From Trichoplax adhaerens (lineage: Eukaryota; Animalia; Placozoa), in NCBI RefSeq assembly GCF_000150275.1, contig NW_002060943.1:1952987-2016986 (forward strand): 64,000 nucleotides of DNA, read 5' to 3'. The position numbers were made by a program, and so were the translations under genes. Below, piece after piece: positions 11,906 through 24,883 of this stretch (within the stretch, counting starts at the first letter, position 1; every line of letters starts with the position of its first letter). The notes below the pieces were generated by a model. That model saw only the letters and a list, made by a program, of their open reading frames with translations. It made no database searches and had not been told where the DNA came from.

Positions 11906-12793
11906 TCATGAGTTAGCTGCACTGATAAAGAGGTTCTTTGTCAATTCATTAACTCCTTCAATTTCAGCGTTTCCAGTGGTATCTATCAACTTAACTTTGG
12001 CTAGATTTTCTGCTGCAGTACTTGTAAGATATCGGAAAATTGGCTTTTCGTCAGTCATTGCCTTGATGATAACTTCAATAACTTCATCAACAGGCTGAAA
12101 AGCACTTTCATCATGTTGCCACATTGTTGTATAAGTAGTATAGAGCTGTTTGGTTCTGTCATCCATTCCCGATTCCATCACTCCAAGTTCTTTAGCAATA
12201 GAGACGGCCCTCTTTGACATATTGGTTGCAGCAACAGAAGGCGAAATGATCGATACTGCTACATTAAACGCTTGTAATTCTACTGCTAATGATAAACTTA
12301 AGGATTCCACCGCAAACTTTGATGCACAATAGAGGGGATCATAAGGCACTGAAAGAACACCTGCAATACTAGCCATGTTAATTATTCGACCCGATCTTTG
12401 TTTCTTCATATGAGGTAAAACATATCGAATGGTCAGAAATGTCCCCCAGAAGTTGATATCCATAACCTGTTTATGATCTGCAAGCGATAAGGTCTCGACT
12501 GGAGCAGTTAATGGAATGCCTGCGTTATTAACTAAGACATCGATACTACCATGAGTTTGGATTATTTCCACCACAACCGATTCAATAGTATTTTCTTTCG
12601 TAACATCAAGATGTCGTATAAAAATAGTATCATCTACAGCCTCTCCAGCTTGTGCAACTAGAGCATCTTTCTCATGTAGGAAAGGTAACGTTGCATAAAC
12701 AAGATATCGCTTAGCTTCATCTTTGCCTAATCTTATAGCTAAAGCAAGACCAAATCCAGTCGTACAACCAGTAATCAATACAATTTTCGGCAT
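11906..12793 (-). CDS. Classical short-chain dehydrogenase/reductase, RDH8/17beta-HSD1-like, 295 aa
   Basis: TGCTTGFG Rossmann motif, LDVT, VNNAG, N-F-x-G, catalytic YCASK. Intronless CDS. Confidence 0.92.
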   Translation of the reverse strand: MPKIVLITGCTTGFGLALAIRLGKDEAKRYLVYATLPFLHEKDALVAQAGEAVDDTIFIRHLDVTKENTIESVVVEIIQTHGSIDVLVNNAGIPLTAPVETLSLADHKQVMDINFWGTFLTIRYVLPHMKKQRSGRIINMASIAGVLSVPYDPLYCASKFAVESLSLSLAVELQAFNVAVSIISPSVAATNMSKRAVSIAKELGVMESGMDDRTKQLYTTYTTMWQHDESAFQPVDEVIEVIIKAMTDEKPIFRYLTSTAAENLAKVKLIDTTGNAEIEGVNELTKNLFISAANS

Positions 12794-15700
12794 ACTATTA
12801 CAGCCTAATAACGATTTATTTCTCTAGCGGGGAAAAAGAAACAAATAGTTTAAGGTCTACCTCAAAATAGACATTTAAATTGAGAATGTTAATTTTGATA
12901 TTCAGCTAAATTAGCATGGAAAGTATACGATCGAGGTCTCACTTTAACATCGATACCCATACGTATACTTTATATTGTATAACATATACACTGTATAGTA
13001 TATGTAGACTGTATTGTATTATACTATACATCGTATACTCATACTGTGCCTTAATGTGCAGTGGATATCCTTTACAGAGACTTGTACACCATACGGATCT
13101 CTGTAATAATAATCTCTATAATGGAAGATCTTGAATTCATTAATTTGGTACAATAGTAATGCAAATTGTTGTAAAAATAGCATGAAAAATGAACGATCAC
13201 TCGTTGACCTCCTATTCCCAATAGCAAGCTGAATAACTATAAATACAGTAGCTGAGACAAGTAGGTTGATAATTCTTTTTGCACGCCATAGTGTAGTAGA
13301 GTACAGGCTCACGAAAGTATAACACGATTACATAAAATTCCTACTGCAAATGCATTGAGCGATATTTACTTGGTAACTCTAACATAATCGGAAATACATG
13401 AGCTTATTTACGATCTAAATCATATCATACTGTAGCATATAGGCTTATTTTACTCGACTCTACTGTATGTATTGCAGTCTGTAAACCATTATCTCTGTCA
13501 TACTGCACTCTAGCTAATCAATGTTTACACATATACATATACAGTATATATATATATTTACTATATATATTTGATATCACGACCCCTGTGTTATTTTATT
13601 ATGTCCCCATATAGGAGTGATCGATTCCATTTAGGCATTGCTCAGTGTGGCGGAGGTGATGTTACCGAGAAACAATTCTATTCTTATAGAATAATGTAAC
13701 GCAGAGATATAGTAATATACATTAGACATAAATACTCAAATTTACCTTAATATTATATATGCCTGTATAAGTGGATATGGATACCTTACGACTAAAAAAG
13801 TAACAGTTTCAGATCTAGTTAATTTTAAAACAAGGAAAAATTATCAGATAGAAGATGTAAAGTAGACAGGTTATAAATAAGTTTATGAATGTCTCATGAA
13901 AAGCTCCAAAAGTTACATTAGCATTATACGTATATACGCATCGGTTGTCAAGTCATTACCGTGATAAGCGCAGCTATAACAGAAGAAAACCCTGTATTTT
14001 TTTCGATCATTTATGAACGAATAGATCAATAATGCGCAAAGGGAATAGTTGATAGCAGTAAGGGTGGTCATAGTTACAGCTAATCTACAAGAATTGTTAC
14101 ACTACGCTAAGTTTAATTCATTAATCGTTGATATCATCCTACTTTAATAGTAACTAGTTATAGGTGACAACAGATATTGTTAACCATTTACCAATGTTGA
14201 TCAATAAATTGCATTATATTAATTAAATATAGCCATCAAAAAGGAGGAAATGATATATCGAAACAGAGTATAGTTAATACATATAATAATTTATTTGAAA
14301 TAAAATTAACAATGTGCTAGAACTTTCAGGGTAGATAACAATTATCAAATCGTATTCAATGCTTTTTTTTATTATATGGAACAGATAATGCAAATGCCCT
14401 GATTTAAAAGTAAAACATCATGACATAGATACTAGTCTATTACATTAACGGAAAGATTAATTTACAAGTATTGGTATTCCCAAAAGTGCATTGAGATACA
14501 AACTGGTTACTTGCATAATCATGGCTGACCTCGATACAGTATCCTCTATAAAAATATTTGATCATTTAAGAATTTCTTATTAAAATCAATAGATCAGTGG
14601 GTGATTCGATGAAAGATGGGTACTGGACTACGAAATATACTACAGTATCGTATCATGTTATAAAACACAATAAATTCCGTTGGCTAAGCTAAATAACGAA
14701 GCCTAAATATTGTAGATAATATCAATAAACAGTTGAAATTTTAATCTATTATTACCACTATTATCTTGTTGAATATTTTATTCTTAGATCGCCAGATCTT
14801 AACTACCAATTATTATTAATTTACGATATTAATTAGATAAAAATTAATGATAAAGGAGTCATATGTTGATAATATTTGACTAATTGTCGTACTCCAATGC
14901 ATCGGCTAGGTAGTCATTCAATTAAGTAACTATAATATTAGCAATCTATCCTATAGAATATCAAAAATTTGGCTAGACATCTTGTAAAAGATGTACCATT
15001 CTTCGATTCCATTCTCTTATGCAAAAGTTGGACCGAACAGAATTATTACCAATATTGATGAATGAGCATATTCTAATACTTTTAATAACGAGATAAAAGA
15101 TCAAATACCAACTTTTAACCTCCTTAACGATTACCGTGCAATGTAATTGAATGAAATCTAGCGAATGTAACTGCAGTAGCGAGCCAGTTTATGAGAGAAA
15201 ACTTAGCAATATGAGTATACGCCTACCACAGCTTTTATTTATCATATTACAAGCATATTGTAGTCATTTGTAAGTGTACTTAAATTAACCTTCGTGCTAC
15301 ACTTTATCACTATTCACTACGAAACCTCCTAGCGTATCATAATTTCAACTATCAATTTCCAATATCTAAAAAATTCGCTATCAGCACTAACATTGATTAG
15401 CTTATTATTGATTGAATTGCTTTTAAAATGGAAAGATAACAGTCTAATATGATCCTGTTACGATCTTCTTTTTTGTAAGATTTTCTTATAACAAGATTAA
15501 AAGAGTCCACTAGAGCTTGAGTACTGAACTGAACTTTATTATAGATATAAGTACAGTTATAAGTGGGAAACAGTAGTAATAACGTTCTATAACGGCATAC
15601 CATGAATAATAACGGGCACTTTATCACATCAATCAATAAGATAATAAGTTTATGATGAGCAATATAAGACAAAAACGTATTGTGCTTAAAGCTTTATCTC

Positions 15701-16494
15701 AATGATTACAGTTCCATAATGAAAAACATGCGTCTGTATTTTAGTCATCAGACAAACATGCAGATTTTACGAATTATAACTACGAGTCCAACATAGTAAA
15801 TCAATTGCGAAATTTCTACTTCGTAACAGATCCATCATCCCACTACTCTAGGCCAATTAAATTTATTACGGTAAGTTTAAACTATAACATACTATTGGCC
15901 ATAATACCATCGAAATAGCTTACTCGATCAGCAAGTGATAACGCGATATTATTAATCGTTAAAACATTTCTATCATCGTACAGATTACTATTATACACAC
16001 ATATACAGATATTAAGAACTGAATTTATTTATATCCACAACATTCCAACGGAAATTACTGTTATAGGTGAAATCATCCTAAAAATCTAATTTCTTTATGT
16101 CCATGACGATTATCTAATTTATAAGGCGTAAATATTATACTGTACGCAACTAACTTTTATCTTGTGAGTTCATGCTTAACAACATAAACTAGTACTCAAT
16201 CCTATTAATAGTTCAAAATTTAACGTTCGTTACTCTAGAGTTGAAAAATATGTAATTTTGACCTTAATTAATAATAAAACGCAGCTATCTTAAGGTAACA
16301 AGGCGGCCTTGGAGAACTAGAGATCAATGATGGTTGGAGTGTAACTTGAAGGGTTTATGCACACGATACCGTCACTATTCCAAGCTAATAGTGATGGTTA
16401 TTAACGATAAATTACTAAATAGATGGCTAGAAATAAGTTAATATAGCTTTTAGCAATGCTTTATGAATAACCACTAGCCGTCAAGAAATAATAA

Positions 16495-17379
16495 TTAATT
16501 AGGTTTGGTGAATAGACCTTGGGTAAAAGCATTAACGACTTCAACGGAAGATCTCCCTGTAACATCCACTAGTTTTCTGCTGCACAAATCGCTCATTCCC
16601 TCGCCAGTAATATAGCGTAGGGCAGGCTTTTCCTCGGTCATAGCTTTAACAATTTCATCAACAACTTCACCGACAGGTTGAAGTGTATCGCCAAAACTCT
16701 GCCAAACTTTCCCTAAGTCTTCATGTAATTTCCGTGTTAAATCATCTAATTTAGCTTCTTTAACTCCATATTTTTCTGGAAGTAATTTTTCAGCTTTCAT
16801 TGGCATGTCAGTAGCTACAAGACCGGGCGCTATTAACGATACGTGTACGTTATAAGGTTGTAATTCAACAGCCAGCGATAAAGCCATTCCTTCTAAAGCA
16901 AATTTAGACGCACAGTACATAGTATCATAGGGAATAGCGACAACTCCATCAATACTGCTAATATTGATTATCCTTCCAGATCGCTGTCTTTTCATATGTG
17001 GCAAGACAGATCGAGTTAAGACAAAGGATCCCATAAAATTCACATTCATGATATTTCTCCAAACGTCCATACTTATTGCTTCTATTGGTGCACAGACACA
17101 AATACCGGCATTATTGACTAAGATATCAATCCTACCTTCTGAATTGACTATTTCTTCGACCGTAGTATGGATGTCGTCGTCTATCGTTACATCCATTCGT
17201 TTAATGAAGATCGTCTTTTGTAACGCTTGGCCTACTTCTTGAACTAATTGATCTTTCTTACTTAAATCTCGCATGGTAGCGTAAACCTTATACTTTTGAT
17301 CTTGATCAAGAGCTAATCTTACAGCTAGGGCTAAGCCTATGCCGGAATTGCAACCTGTAATCAGTACTATCTGAGTCAT
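16495..17379 (-). CDS. Classical SDR, RDH8/17beta-HSD1-like, 294 aa (tandem paralog)
   Basis: TGCNSGIG, VYATMRDL, MDVT, VNNAG, ISS, YCASKFALEG. Colinear with the 11906-12793 protein. Confidence 0.93.
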   Translation of the reverse strand: MTQIVLITGCNSGIGLALAVRLALDQDQKYKVYATMRDLSKKDQLVQEVGQALQKTIFIKRMDVTIDDDIHTTVEEIVNSEGRIDILVNNAGICVCAPIEAISMDVWRNIMNVNFMGSFVLTRSVLPHMKRQRSGRIINISSIDGVVAIPYDTMYCASKFALEGMALSLAVELQPYNVHVSLIAPGLVATDMPMKAEKLLPEKYGVKEAKLDDLTRKLHEDLGKVWQSFGDTLQPVGEVVDEIVKAMTEEKPALRYITGEGMSDLCSRKLVDVTGRSSVEVVNAFTQGLFTKPN

Positions 17380-18635
17380 TTTATGCGTCGTTGTTGTTTC
17401 AACTAGCTAAGCTGAATGTTGACCTGCTGTCGAAAGGCTAACCAATTGGTGTACAAATGATCCTTTTATTTGTAAGATAATTAGAACGAATGTGTAACAC
17501 CTTTTATATATTTCTTACTCTTATACTGTATAACAGTATATCTAAGCTATTTTCTATAAACATATTGACATTATACGAGGCTAGTGCGAATAGTGCCAAA
17601 ATCGATAAAATCATGCGCAGTATTTCTAGTATCTTGATTTAAGTCAATAACAACTAAAAATAGAAATGGATCCGCTATTCTTCTGCTCCCTTGTTCAGAC
17701 ACTTTTATATTATTTGATATGTAAATTAATTAACCCATGATGACTAGAGAAATATTATGTTAATATGCTACGAATAACGGCGTGATTACCCATAATCATG
17801 TGGTCAGGTTATCTAATAGTGAAAATTCTCGCTTTATTAGCATGCAAGCATAGCAAATAGTGATGAATTTTGAACACGAATAGCATCAAGTAATGATGTG
17901 AGACTGAACTAATATCAGTTATAATATAGCTAATCATGCTAATATCCAGGATAACATCAATAGATCAGGAAAGTATCTTTAGTCATGGTCACTTTCTTTT
18001 TGAGCTCTACAGTATCTTTACCGTGCAGAAGAGAAGGTCATTTTCTACTTTACAAGATATACTTGTACTGTAGTGTATACAGTAAAATGTAGGGCATTTT
18101 CCATCCCTCTTCTACTGTACTAGACAGCAGCTTTCCATCTTGCAAACAAGTTGAAACAACGCTATTTCAATAAATAACGACCTGTTGTTTTCTTATTCGA
18201 TATTTTGATGACAACGTAACATATTTACTTTAGTTGAGTGCAACAGATACATAATCATAGACTACTGCAAGAAGAGCTGGACTGATCAGTGATCACTCTT
18301 GGATGGACAGATCTTTTCCAGCCACATGTCGTCAAAATACGATGGCGAACACTTTGGGTGAAAGTCACCGTTGAAATTTCGTGTACAGCCACTTCGTTAT
18401 GGCAGTAGTTTAGGTTGCAGACGGTCAATTTTAAATTGACTGATGTTTTCTAAATGAAGTAATATTACATTGAATCGTAATATCTGTTACTCAGTTCTGC
18501 TTGGAAACAGTCATATAAGATCGTCGACGTTCTTTAATTAAGTACCAGCGATTTCGAAAACAGACACAGAAGATTCATACCAAGTAGCCATTTTTCACTA
18601 CTGTCTTGATGGCCTTCCTTTGCTTAGGTCAGAAA

Positions 18636-18900
18636 AGTCCGTCTGTCTGCAATACAGTACAATGTCTACAGTACTGTCCAGTGTACACTGTGCATTGTAC
18701 ATTGTACAGTGTACTGTACAGTGTACAGTACGGTACGCTGGAAGCCCATGAGGACAAGGTCCGATCGCTGTCCGTCCACAGGCTCACGCAAAACTCACGT
18801 GATATTTTCATAGCCCGCGATATCAAATGGTAGTGGACCATACAGTACAACATTGTCTATACTCTACCCTGCAATACTGTAGCTGTATCGTGGCGTCTAC
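18636..18900. repeat. TACAG/GTAC-rich low-complexity array upstream of the first cathepsin gene
   Basis: 'gtccgtctgtctgc...tacagtac...tgtacagtgtactgtacagtgtacagtac', the same vocabulary as the 1-545 array. Confidence 0.7.
18795..18802. promoter_or_regulatory. Palindromic E-box TCACGTGA (CLEAR/MiT-TFE-type core)
   Basis: Exact TCACGTGA ~130 bp upstream of a TATA box and ~200 bp upstream of the likely cathepsin start. Confidence 0.5.
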
Positions 18901-18931
18901 AGCTGGTCAAGGGACGGATGGAAGCCCTGAC

Positions 18932-18938
18932 TATAAAA
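18932..18938 (+). promoter_or_regulatory. TATA box (TATAAAA) of the first cathepsin gene
   Basis: ctataaaa ~60 bp upstream of ATG 18996, which begins a hydrophobic signal peptide. Confidence 0.55.
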
Positions 18939-18995
18939 CCGAACAAGGGCAAAAATCTTTCATCATACTGTATGTCGTCAACAAATTGGCCAAGA

Positions 18996-20733
18996 ATGAT
19001 GAAAGCGAGTTTGCTAATTTTGCTCTTCGTCAGCGTTGAACTTCTTGCCGCTTTGCCGGCCAGTAATGGTGGCCCCAAATGGGCATCAAGCTATTCCGTG
19101 CAAGGGACACTCTACTTGCCTTACGCTAAAATAGTCGAACCATTTAAAGCTTATTTTTCAGCGAATAAGAGCAGAATCGAATATTATAATGGCATGGATA
19201 TCGTTCTCCAACGGAGCGATATGATGGCTCATGGTGCCAAATACGAATTAGTACCTGAAACTACCGAGAAATTCACCAATGTCCGCCAATGCTTTAGCAT
19301 TAAAGGTAGCAAAGCTGCTCCAGTAACACCACAAGCCATCTTACCAGATTTAAGCAAATTTAGCAAGACTGGCACCAAAACCTACAACAAAATCAAATGC
19401 GATGTCTGGACCTACAAAAATAAGCAAATGGGCCGTGTCAACACCTATACTATGTATGTAACCCAAGGTTCCAAGCCATCGCCAGTCCATTATATCATGG
19501 AAGGCTACGATTCCTTGCTAGGATCTCATTATGATGAGTACAAATTAGATTATAAGAATTATAAAGCTGGAAAAATAGCCGACAACATGTTTGATCCACC
19601 TAAAAAAATGAAATGCCATGGTTTCCCTGGACCTGGCTTGGAAGCCGATATGATTTCTTCACCCATGCAACAATTTATTGATCATGAAGCTGAAGATACT
19701 ATACCTCGCATCTTTCATCATTTTGCTAGTAAACATCAAAAAAATTATAAAGATGAAAGAGAAAGAAGATTCCGAGAAAATACTTTTAGGCAAAATCTAC
19801 GCTTTATTCATTCTACCAATCGTCAACGACTTGGTTTTACTGTCAAAGTCAATCATTTAGCTGATTTAACCGATAACGAGATTAAAGTCATGAACGGCAG
19901 GAAAACGAGCTTGAAGAAAAGTAAAACTTACCAAATGCCATTTAATCTAACTGGATTAGAGAGGTATGTTGCTCCAACCATCGACTGGAGGAAATTGGGT
20001 GCTGTCACACCGGTCAAGGATCAAGGTGTTTGTGGCTCGTGCTGGTCTTTTGGTACTACTGGCACCATCGAAGGTTCTCTCTACTTGAAATCCGGTAAAT
20101 TAGTCAGTTTATCCCAACAAAATATGATTGATTGCACATGGGGCTTTGGCAACAACGGATGTGATGGTGGTGAAGAATTTAGGGCTTTCGAATGGATCGC
20201 CAAACATGGTGGTATCGCCACTGAAAAAAGCTATGGCCAATACCTTGCTCAAGATGGCAAATGTAAATTGAACAAGACTAAAATTGGTGCTAAAATCCGT
20301 GGTTGGGTACAAGTACCACATGGTAATCAATCCGCTTTAAAATTAGCTGTATCTGCTGTCGGACCTGTTGCTGTAGGCATGGATGCTGCTTTAAAGTCAT
20401 TCTCTTTCTACTCATCTGGTATTTACTACGATAAACAATGTGGTAATAAGGAACAAGATTTAGATCATGCTGTTTTAGCTGTTGGCTACGGTAATGAAAA
20501 TGGCCAAGATTATTGGATTATCAAAAATTCTTGGTCTACTCATTGGTAAGTCATTATTAACGCAACAGAGATCATTAACAGTTGAAATAGAAACTCTAAT
20601 TGTATATCAATTGCCTATGATTAAAACATAATTATCTTTGTTTAATAGGGGAGACGACGGATACGTTAAACTATCCATGAAAAATAACAATTGTGGTATC
20701 GCGACCGATGCTTCTTTCGTCAACATCATGTAG
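18996..20733 (+). CDS. 26/29-kDa-type (CfaD-like) cathepsin L-family cysteine protease, 2 exons (18996-20545, 20649-20733)
   Basis: Signal peptide MMKASLLILLFVSVELLA, long N-terminal extension (LYLPYAKIVEPFKAY...YDSLLGSHYDEY), perfect ERFNIN in the I29 prodomain, QGVCGSCWSF, LDHAV, KNSW. A GT-AG intron at 20546-20648 splits the Trp codon; the second exon reads GDDGYVKLSMKNNNCGIATDASFVNIM*. Confidence 0.93.
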
Positions 20734-23143
20734 TTGGACAAGCTTTCACTAGCTTTAGACTGTAATTGGCAGTATTTTGTAAATGATCTCTTTGAAAGTT
20801 TTAATTCTATCTGATAACCATAGATAGCCTATGCATCGTGTATAATTGTTCGTCATGGTATTTATGCACTTCTTGGCTGATATATTTTTTTTAACTCGTT
20901 TATTCACTTGATGATATAGAAAGATCTCAAGTCGTTGTCCATGTGATGATACCCTATTACTGATTAATCTATTATGTGATTGCTCTTTTTAATTAGTTAA
21001 TCTCATAATTGATCATTCTATTCTCGCAAACTATTGCGATAAAGTATCACTCAACAGATACAAATATTGTACTTAAAAGAATTAGATGTCTATGTGCAAA
21101 GTCCGATTCTAGTTAAACTATTCTAGAAATAAAATGAGAGTAGATTCATAAATAGACATTTTTACGTCTGGTTCTTGATGACGCTATTTATTGAGTATTG
21201 GCTCAATGGTAAAAGTTATTAATATATTACGGTAGAGGAGACTATTTGTGATAGTTGGTGAAATAAGGTATAAATGATAGAAGATTCGTCAAGATAAATC
21301 TCAGCGCACGTCTAGTCTGGATGACTACCTTGAATATTGAGTTAGTGGCTATGATTGTTCATCTACAGTACTACGATACAGGAGGTTACGCATAGTTTTT
21401 GGGAAATATTATATAAATGATAGTGGTTTCGAGAAGATAAATCCCAGAGATATATAAGCATATGCAATACAAACGTATCTATATATATAGCATATACAGT
21501 ACATATGGATATGTTGTTATGTGTTGCTATATTATGTAACAAGTCCTGAGCATGGGGCCAGTGTAAGGAGACTACAATAATTCGTCTTGTAATGAATTAT
21601 TATAGAAATAATAATGGATACATAAATATGAATCTTTATGTCTAGTCTTTATTAAAATCGAGGAGACTAATATCGGCCTTTGCAAAACATTGCATACTAC
21701 TAAACATCACATATGCGTAGACAAACACGGAGTACAGTAGATTTCTTTGATGCGACAGATTCTAGTAAAATCTACTATGCAGTCAATAAGCAATGACGAG
21801 AATGATCAATATTGTTAATTTCATGCGATTCCATCTAAATGGATTAATTACCGGTTCATAAAAAGTAAAACTGAAAGCAAAGATCTCATCAATGTTAATA
21901 AATATACTCACAATTGAACTAAGCCTAAAGAGGCGAAGCATAAGGAAAATTTGCAAGGTGATTTTATACGGTATATTTCTATTGGTACATTCGAGGAGCA
22001 TGAATAAGCACTCATCGTACAAAGCAATCTGAACACCATTCTTAGCAAATAAAGATTCACGGATAGCAATGTAACAAATTCTCCATTTTTAAAGCTAAAT
22101 TCTTGCAATCCTCTATTGTACTCACTATTACTAATTTACTATTAGTGAATAACAAGAAAAAATTGAGATAAATGAACCCCTTCGCATCAATATTTGGGTG
22201 TTTCCACCTACGGCAATACACAGAAATTCTGGCTAAAAAAATAGTAATAATTTGGCACTTTCCTGTCTTCTATCAGCAGCTAACGTAATAAATTTACCTT
22301 CATATATCATTTATTTTCCACTTACTATTATAATTATCGATTGACTCCTAGTTGAGTAATCAACTAGATAAATTGGTTACCCTATACTAGAAATAGGTTT
22401 AACGGCTAGACGATAGAAACAATTTCCTGGTTGATGAGCGACATTTTTTACTGCTAATCATACTGTAAATAGCTAACATCGTAAGGAAAAATTCTTCCAT
22501 GACAATATTATAGGACACTTATGTATTAGTTTAACTCCAGATCTTCGATGGGACCGTTAAGTGGATTAGCATTACAGAGAATAGGTGTTATTGCAAGTCC
22601 TTAAAATATATTAATCAAGAAGAAACAATGGATATTATTTCATCATGTGATACACTCCACTATAAGCGTCCATTAAACTTATGCTCATTCCTGGGGAAAA
22701 TTCGAGCATTATTGGACATACAGTAGAATACAACCGAAAATTTTCTAATCCTGTTATGTTTTATTGCGAATCTCTAATAATCATACTCCAATGGTAATTA
22801 TTAATATAGCAATTGTTCATTTTTAGCAACTCCTTCTATTCCTTAATCTTTTGTTCATAAATAGTTTCTTGGTCTTTCCATTTGCAATCTTCTTCTAACA
22901 TGTGGAGTAACGTAAATGGGACACTAGATCGCAAGGCCCAAGAATTCCATCGACACCAAATTAAAAGTACCCTCAAATAATCAGTTCCTTTTCTACCTAT
23001 TTGGACTGACGATCAAATAGTCGTTGTCGTCTATTAATCTTGTTTGATTATTCCAGCTTGCGTCTATACCTTGTAATTTAAGATCCAGAAAAAAACTCCC
23101 ATTTTAGACTAATCAAACTAGTAATTAATCACGGTAAGCAGCC

Positions 23144-24883
23144 ATGAAATCAACTTGTCATTTTATAGCTACGTTTCATGGAATCATTTGGGTTTTCTCT
23201 TTTCTATTAATGCAACCAATTACTTGTAAAACAATGACAGTTTTACCTCAGAATCCTCTAGAATATCGGGTTAAAGGTAAAATTCGATTACCTTACGCAA
23301 ATGTAGTCGAACCTTTTGAAGCATGGTATTCTGCTACCTTGGGCAAGAGTCTAATTAGCTATTTTTCTGGGATGGATACTATTTTCAATTTTTATCAACC
23401 TCAAAGTCATGGAGTAATTTGGGAAATCTGTCCTATACCTCGATCTGATGGCATTATCAAACAAACTTGTCTTGGACGTCGAGGAACGCGATTAAAACCG
23501 ATTCGAGCTCAGCCATTTATTCCTAATTTTCAACAATTTCATCTAGAGAAACAAAACATATATTATCGTCATACCTTTTGTGATAAATGGACATGGAATA
23601 AAACGATATTGCATAAAATTAATCGCTACACCTTCTATACTAAACATGCAACTTCTATTCCGATTCAATTGATCATGTTTGGCTATAATAACTTATTTCA
23701 TAATCATTACGATCATTATATCATCGATTATGAAGAATACGAAGGTTATCAACCGCATCAACTTCGTGATGAAAAGATATTTCAATTGCCCAATAATATA
23801 CCATGTCGACTACTATCTAGTAAAAGACTTTATGATCATCATTACCAACAGCAAAGACTAATTAATTCCATGCAATCGCTTATCCCAGCTGAACAAACCA
23901 TTGATGATCCAGTTGATTCTTTATTTCATCAATTTACCCATCAGTATAATAAAACCTATCGATATAGAGATCATCATCAACACGCCAAAAGACAAAATTA
24001 TTTTCGCCAACATTTACGTTTTATTCAATCAACAAATAGGAAAGGGTTAAAGTATCAACTAAAATTAAATCACTTTGCTGATAGATCGGATAAAGAACTT
24101 TGGAATTTTACACAACGTCATTTTAAATTAAATTACGGCAAATTAGAACATGATGTTAAGAATTTTATTACTCGATATAAACTGCCTTTCGCATTAGATT
24201 TAAATCAAAGTATAGCAGATCATTTGGATTGGAGAGATAGAGGCGCTATATCGAAGATAAGAGACCAAGGCATGTGTAGTTCTTGTTGGGCGCTATCAAC
24301 TACTCAAGCAATCGAAAGTGCTTTATATATCCAAACTGGTGAGAAAGTAGAACTATCATCTCAAAGTTTAGTAGATTGTAGTTGGCCATTTGGTAATCAA
24401 GGCTGTTCTGGTGGATTTATTAGTCATACTTTAGCCTGGATTATTAAGCAAAGAGGTATTCCAACCAAATCCAGTTATGGACAATACCTAGGTCGAAATG
24501 GTTACTGTCATCATCATGATCTAACTACAGGGGCTAAATTGAAAGGTTATTCTCAAATTCCTCAAGGGAATATGAAAGCATTAAAAGTGGCCTTAGCTAA
24601 AGTTGGACCTGTTACTGTAAGTATCAATACAAGCCCGAAAAGTTTCTTATTCTACTCATCTGGAGTATTTTATAATGATCAATGCCTTGGAGATTATGCA
24701 CACCTTGATCATAATGTTCTAGCAATTGGTTATGGCCGACAACATGATCAAGATTACATTTTAATTAAGAATTCATGGTCTGCCTATTGGGGGGATCATG
24801 GTTATATTAAAATATCAACAAGAAATAATAACTGTGGGCTAGCAACAAATGCTTATTATCCAATATTGGCATTAAACAACTGA
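23144..24883 (+). CDS. 26/29-kDa-type cathepsin L-like protease paralog 2, 579 aa, intronless
   Basis: Hydrophobic N-terminus, RLPYANVVEPFEAW, ERFNIN variant (Q-R-F-H-I-N), QGMCSSCWAL, LDHNVL, KNSWSAYWG. Confidence 0.92.
   Translation: MKSTCHFIATFHGIIWVFSFLLMQPITCKTMTVLPQNPLEYRVKGKIRLPYANVVEPFEAWYSATLGKSLISYFSGMDTIFNFYQPQSHGVIWEICPIPRSDGIIKQTCLGRRGTRLKPIRAQPFIPNFQQFHLEKQNIYYRHTFCDKWTWNKTILHKINRYTFYTKHATSIPIQLIMFGYNNLFHNHYDHYIIDYEEYEGYQPHQLRDEKIFQLPNNIPCRLLSSKRLYDHHYQQQRLINSMQSLIPAEQTIDDPVDSLFHQFTHQYNKTYRYRDHHQHAKRQNYFRQHLRFIQSTNRKGLKYQLKLNHFADRSDKELWNFTQRHFKLNYGKLEHDVKNFITRYKLPFALDLNQSIADHLDWRDRGAISKIRDQGMCSSCWALSTTQAIESALYIQTGEKVELSSQSLVDCSWPFGNQGCSGGFISHTLAWIIKQRGIPTKSSYGQYLGRNGYCHHHDLTTGAKLKGYSQIPQGNMKALKVALAKVGPVTVSINTSPKSFLFYSSGVFYNDQCLGDYAHLDHNVLAIGYGRQHDQDYILIKNSWSAYWGDHGYIKISTRNNNCGLATNAYYPILALNN

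Noticed and set aside
11847-12332. Plus-strand ORFs overlapping the SDR (also 16964-17242, 20109-20330, 56038-56256)
   Set aside because: They are antisense shadows of real coding sequence.
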